This document shows positions 18,510-22,832 of a stretch of 22,832 nt of DNA, in pieces (position 1 is the first letter of the stretch; each line of letters opens with the position of its first letter). The notes below the pieces were generated by a model. It was given only the letters and a program-made list of their open reading frames with translations. It was not told the origin of the DNA and searched no databases. Where the stretch lies: contig JBAXKC010000039.1 in NCBI GenBank assembly GCA_037137535.1, positions 1-22,832 of the forward strand, read 5' to 3'. The translations under genes were made by a program, and so were the position numbers. The DNA is from a bacterium (GTDB lineage: Bacteria; Cyanobacteriota; Vampirovibrionia; Gastranaerophilales; JBAXKC01).

Positions 18510-19598
18510 ATGGAAAGCAATATAACATTTAAAGAAAAATCTCTTCTACAGAAATTGCTTAAAGACAAATTTTCGTTGATAGGAATTATTGTATTAGCAA
18601 TATTATACCTATCAATAACTTTTGCCGGTTTTCTTGCCCCGTATAAAGAAGATTTTAGCGATAGAAGGCTTTCATACGCACCTCCATCAAAAGTTTTTAT
18701 TATAGATAAGCATGGGCGATTATCTTTTCCCTATACTTATAATTATAAAAGAACTTTTGACCCTAATACTTTTACGATGACTTACAAATTAGACAGAAGT
18801 AAAAAACATTATTTAAAATTTTTTACAACAGGCTATAACTACAAAATTTTAGGAATTTTACCTTTAAATCTTCATTTTGTAGAAGTAGGAAAAGAAGGAC
18901 GTTTATTTTTACTTGGAACTGATATTAATGGAAGAGACGTTTTTTCAAGATTGCTTTATGGCGGACAAATCTCTCTTACTATTGGCTTTCTTGCTTTATT
19001 TATTTCTTTTCCGATAGGAATGATTTATGGAGGAATTGCAGGATTTTTCGGTGGTAAAGTAGATGATATTATGATGCGTATAGCCGAAGGACTTATGAGT
19101 ATTCCGAGTTTTTATCTACTTATAAGTCTTGCAGCGATTTTACCAGCTAATATGACATCAGCACAACGATTTGGATTAATAACAGTAATACTTTCCTTTA
19201 TAGGCTGGGCTGGATTAAGCAGAGTTGTCAGAGGTATGGTTTTATCCATAAAAACGCAAGAATTTGTTGAATCCGCCAAAGCAATAGGAGCAAGCTCTTT
19301 CCGTATTATTACAAAACATATTCTTCCGCAAACTGCCAGTTACGTTATAGTTGCCATAACTCTAAGTGTTCCTGGTTATATTCTTGCCGAATCAGGTTTA
19401 AGCTTTTTAGGGCTGGGTATTCAACAACCCGATGCAAGTTGGGGAAATATGCTTAAAGAAGCCCAAGAATTTGTTAATGTAATGGATAGACCATGGTTAT
19501 TAGTTCCCGGATTATTGATATTTATTGCAGTGCTTGCTTTTAACTTAATTGGTGATGCTGTTAGAGACTTTTTAGACCCTAAAAGCAGAATGAGATAG
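18510..19598 (+). CDS. Peptide/nickel ABC permease (OppC-like)
   Basis: LGTDINGRDVFSRLLYG, EFVESAKAIGA, LSFLGLG..P..SWG, GDAVRDFLDPK. Confidence 0.93.
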   Translation: MESNITFKEKSLLQKLLKDKFSLIGIIVLAILYLSITFAGFLAPYKEDFSDRRLSYAPPSKVFIIDKHGRLSFPYTYNYKRTFDPNTFTMTYKLDRSKKHYLKFFTTGYNYKILGILPLNLHFVEVGKEGRLFLLGTDINGRDVFSRLLYGGQISLTIGFLALFISFPIGMIYGGIAGFFGGKVDDIMMRIAEGLMSIPSFYLLISLAAILPANMTSAQRFGLITVILSFIGWAGLSRVVRGMVLSIKTQEFVESAKAIGASSFRIITKHILPQTASYVIVAITLSVPGYILAESGLSFLGLGIQQPDASWGNMLKEAQEFVNVMDRPWLLVPGLLIFIAVLAFNLIGDAVRDFLDPKSRMR

Positions 19599-19691
19599 TT
19601 TTTTTAGTCTATAAATTAAAATGAATTATATTTAATACTGTTTATACGATATAATTATAGCTGTTATAAATAGTTAATTAGATGTATAAAT

Positions 19692-20399
19692 ATGAATGTA
19701 ATGATAGCCTTTTTCCATAGTGAAACCTTTATCAGATTGCTTTTTGCAATGGCATTTGGTTTTATAATCGGCATTGAAAGAGAATTAACAAATAAATCTG
19801 CGGGATTACGTACTCATATATTAGTTTGTATGGGTTCAGCAGTTTATACTTTATTATCCATTCAAGGATTTGTATCAGGCGATCATATTACTAGAGATCC
19901 TGCTCGAATAGCTGCTCAAATAGTAACAGGCATTGGATTTATCGGTGGTGGTGTGGTTCTAAGACATGGAGTCTCAATTTATGGGCTTACAACCGCTGCC
20001 TCTTTATGGATTACTGCAAGCATAGGTATGGCGGCAGGAGCAGGAAAGTATGATATTGCCTTTGCAAGCAGTTTGCTCTCCTTTCTCGTACTTGTTCTTA
20101 TGAGATCTTTAGAAAGAGGCATTTTATCAAAATTTACATTGAAATCTATTCGAGTAGAAATAAACGTTTTATGTACAACAGATACCTGTGAACTCGTTCA
20201 AAGTTGGTTTAATGATGAATTCAAAGATATTTTTGAATATAAATTAAATAAAATAGGCAAAGAAAACAATGAATCGATGAGTCAACTCAGATATATTATA
20301 GATATTTATGATAGAGATCCTCTTAATAAAACCTACAAAAAACTTAAAGGTCTTGATAACATAGAAGAAATTACGATAAAACAAGTAATAGGCGAATAA
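19692..20399 (+). CDS. MgtC/SapB family membrane protein
   Basis: IGIERE, AGLRTH, DPARIAAQIVTGIGFIGGG, GLTTAASLW, C-terminal ACT-like domain. Confidence 0.92.
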   Translation: MNVMIAFFHSETFIRLLFAMAFGFIIGIERELTNKSAGLRTHILVCMGSAVYTLLSIQGFVSGDHITRDPARIAAQIVTGIGFIGGGVVLRHGVSIYGLTTAASLWITASIGMAAGAGKYDIAFASSLLSFLVLVLMRSLERGILSKFTLKSIRVEINVLCTTDTCELVQSWFNDEFKDIFEYKLNKIGKENNESMSQLRYIIDIYDRDPLNKTYKKLKGLDNIEEITIKQVIGE

Positions 20400-20407
20400 T
20401 ATAATTT

Positions 20408-21424
20408 ATGTATTTGAATCTGCGAGAATTATTTAACGAATATAAATATATTTTGCTTGTAATTTTCTTAATGATTATTGTCAGCATAATAATGGTTTTA
20501 GATATTAAAACACCTGATGATATGACTACAAGGTTATCAATAGGTAAAAGTCTTATTGATAAAAATGAACTGGTTAAAGCATTAGATCTTTATTCAAAAT
20601 TTGTAAGAGATTATCCCCGAAACTATTTTGGGCATATTTCATTAGGTGATATATATCTAAAAACAGGAAATATAGAAAACGCAAAAATTGAATACCTAAG
20701 GGCAATGGAATTAAGTGATAATCGCAGATTTGACGGATATTTCAAACTCTCCAAAATTTATATCGATAATGAAGATTATGATGCTGCCTTTAAAGTAATT
20801 GAGCCTCTTAATAAGAATGAAAAAGAAGAAGTTCTTGTGAATTATGGGGATTTATACTTTTACTGGGGGAAAAAATATCGTTATACCTCTCCTGAAGAAT
20901 CCATAAGAAAATATAAAAAAGGTTTAGAATACTATAAAAATTCTGGGAATGAAGAAAAAATAAAAGAGGGACAAAATACAATTGCAGAAACTTATTCAAA
21001 TATGGCGGAAAATCTGGTAAATGCGGGTAATACTGATGAAGCAGAAGAACTTTTAAATATATCGTTAAAACAATTTGAAAATCCATTGGCTTATGTTGAA
21101 CTGGGAAGAATTTATAGACAAAAAGATATAGATGCAGCTGTTAAATATTATGATATGGCCTATAAAATAGACCCAAAGTCAATTTCTACTGATGAATATA
21201 CAAGTGTACTAGTAGCAAAAGCAGCTTCTTTAGATGAACAAGGCATGCCTGAAGCTGCAAGTATATACATGGACAAAGCTGATAAACTTCTAAAACAAGA
21301 ACGTAAACATAAAGAAGAAATGGATAAAAAAGCACATAAAATCAATAAAAGTTTTGGTAAATTTGATACCTCAAAGATAGAAAATAATAGTCATAAAGAA
21401 AAAATCATTCATGAAAATAAGTGA
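20408..21424 (+). CDS. TPR-repeat protein with single N-terminal TM anchor
   Basis: Repeats such as HISLGDIYLKTGNIENAKIEY and AYVELGRIY..DIDAAVKYYDMAYKIDP. Confidence 0.85.
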   Translation: MYLNLRELFNEYKYILLVIFLMIIVSIIMVLDIKTPDDMTTRLSIGKSLIDKNELVKALDLYSKFVRDYPRNYFGHISLGDIYLKTGNIENAKIEYLRAMELSDNRRFDGYFKLSKIYIDNEDYDAAFKVIEPLNKNEKEEVLVNYGDLYFYWGKKYRYTSPEESIRKYKKGLEYYKNSGNEEKIKEGQNTIAETYSNMAENLVNAGNTDEAEELLNISLKQFENPLAYVELGRIYRQKDIDAAVKYYDMAYKIDPKSISTDEYTSVLVAKAASLDEQGMPEAASIYMDKADKLLKQERKHKEEMDKKAHKINKSFGKFDTSKIENNSHKEKIIHENK

Positions 21425-21482
21425 TAAAATTTCACTCTAAACTTAATTTAAAATAATTTCAGAAAAGTTTCTCAATATTAGT

Positions 21483-21512
21483 TTGACTATGGTATAAAAG
21501 CAACTTTATATT
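21483..21512 (+). promoter_or_regulatory. Putative sigma70-type promoter
   Basis: TTGACT-N18-TATATT upstream of the 21564 gene. Confidence 0.35.
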
Positions 21513-21563
21513 TATTTAGTTTTTATTACTTTAAATGTGCTTTATTAAAGTAGGAATAAACTT

Positions 21564-22772
21564 ATGCAACTAGTTATAAAGACAACAAATAATGTTCAAA
21601 CTATACAAAAATCAAACAAAAACATTTCAACAACATATACTTCTTTTAAAGGTGATGATTACGAAAATAAAACAGTTAAACTCAGTAGTAAACAAATGAA
21701 AGAGTTACTACTTGAAGATAATAAAGAAAACTTATTAAATAATTTAATCAAAAGAGCAGAAATTAATTATAAAGAAGCAATAAATTTAACTGATGACACC
21801 TATGACAAAGACAGACGGAAACTATTATATAAAGCTCACAAAGATTGTGACTTAGCACTTAATGTTTATGATAAATACATAGATGGAACTATAGAGACAC
21901 TTGATCATAAAAAGCAAGAAGAACTATGTAACAAAGACAATGATATCTTTCTATTAGACAAAAAGATATTAAAAGAACTTTTTAAAATAAATATGTCACC
22001 TGAAGCATTAAAACAAACTAATGAATATGAAAACTATAATCAATCAAGGTGTAATACTGACGATTGGCTAACGCTCTATAAAGAAAAATTTGTTGATGGT
22101 TTTACTTTCGGAATTCATAATTATGATGAAAATGCCTGCCCAACCGGAGCTTCATCGATTAAATATCAAACAGCAATAATCATTGATGCAACAAAAGATA
22201 AAATATTAAATAATGCTATTAATTATATTGGCGAACAATTTACCAAAGTTGAAAATATGCCAAATACCAAAAAAGAAAAAGATCTATTAAAAATGGAAAG
22301 TGTGCTTGAGCTTATGCACAATAATTTTCCTTATGAAGAAATTATTGTTTCAAAAGATGGACACGAGCGAAAAATTAATATTTTTTCAAAAAGAAAGCAC
22401 CAACCCTCAAGACCCTTTTATATAGGAAATTTAATTTCTGATAATCCTGAAATAGGAATAAAACGAGGAGCAGGTGTATGCGCAGAACAAGCTAAACTTT
22501 GCAAAGTGCTTGTTGAACGTAATGCAATAACAGCAAACCTTGTTCAATCACCTTTTCACGCCTGGCTAGAAGTAAATTCTGACGGAGATAAATATGTTCT
22601 TGACCCTGCTAATAGACTTTTAATTGATCTTGAAGAAGAAAAGATTTATAGATATAAACCGAGAGATAGAAAATTAATCGACATTACAAACGATAGAGAA
22701 ATGGTTAATCAATTTGCTAATTTACATAAGAAAAAAAATGGAAAAAATGTTTATCCTCAAATTTTCAATTAA
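21564..22772 (+). CDS. Transglutaminase-like/EDR1-like cysteine-protease-fold protein with N-terminal TSFKG motif
   Basis: GAGVC(306)AEQAKLCKVL, H(332)AWLEV and YVLD(347)P form the Cys-His-Asp triad pattern. Confidence 0.75.
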   Translation: MQLVIKTTNNVQTIQKSNKNISTTYTSFKGDDYENKTVKLSSKQMKELLLEDNKENLLNNLIKRAEINYKEAINLTDDTYDKDRRKLLYKAHKDCDLALNVYDKYIDGTIETLDHKKQEELCNKDNDIFLLDKKILKELFKINMSPEALKQTNEYENYNQSRCNTDDWLTLYKEKFVDGFTFGIHNYDENACPTGASSIKYQTAIIIDATKDKILNNAINYIGEQFTKVENMPNTKKEKDLLKMESVLELMHNNFPYEEIIVSKDGHERKINIFSKRKHQPSRPFYIGNLISDNPEIGIKRGAGVCAEQAKLCKVLVERNAITANLVQSPFHAWLEVNSDGDKYVLDPANRLLIDLEEEKIYRYKPRDRKLIDITNDREMVNQFANLHKKKNGKNVYPQIFN

Positions 22773-22832
22773 AAACACTTAGAAGCTGTTTGGTTAAAAA
22801 TGAAACAAAATCAGTAAAATAGAGTCTATAAT

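Noticed and set aside
19599-19691. M-box or other Mg2+ riboswitch before mgtC
   Set aside because: The 93-nt AT-rich spacer is too short and shows no structure.
17553-21345. Antisense ORFs 17553..18080, 20808..21086 and 21160..21345
   Set aside because: Shadows of the permease and TPR genes.
1-22832. CRISPR array, rRNA, prophage or defence operon
   Set aside because: No regularly spaced repeats, cas genes, phage genes or rRNA-like sequence seen.

Overview
AT-rich bacterial chromosomal window. The S12 and EF-G sequences look cyanobacteria-like, glyA sits next to a WecA-like gene, and I saw no HIP1 octamers. Together these suggest a non-photosynthetic Cyanobacteriota member (Vampirovibrionia/Gastranaerophilales); this is inference. 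The housekeeping backbone is yggU, rel, wecA/tagO-like GT4, glyA, rpiB, tsaC/sua5, tRNA-Ala(GGC), rpsL-rpsG-fusA (no tuf, with a terminator-like hairpin before fusA), a GNAT, an Opp-type ABC binding protein with two permeases (no ATPase), mgtC and TPR proteins. An IS701/IS4-type remnant at the left edge supplies the stop codon of a TPR gene. The most interesting signal is four unrelated orphan proteins that share an N/S/T/K-rich, non-hydrophobic N-terminus ending in KN..[S/G]F(x)G. One carries a transglutaminase/EDR1-like Cys-His-Asp triad and one has two hydrophobic Gly/Ala segments. This may be a lineage-specific export signal. Other points of note are a probable AUU start for the wecA-like gene, a missed small ORF with a non-canonical start, and a triple DUF2934-like repeat protein.
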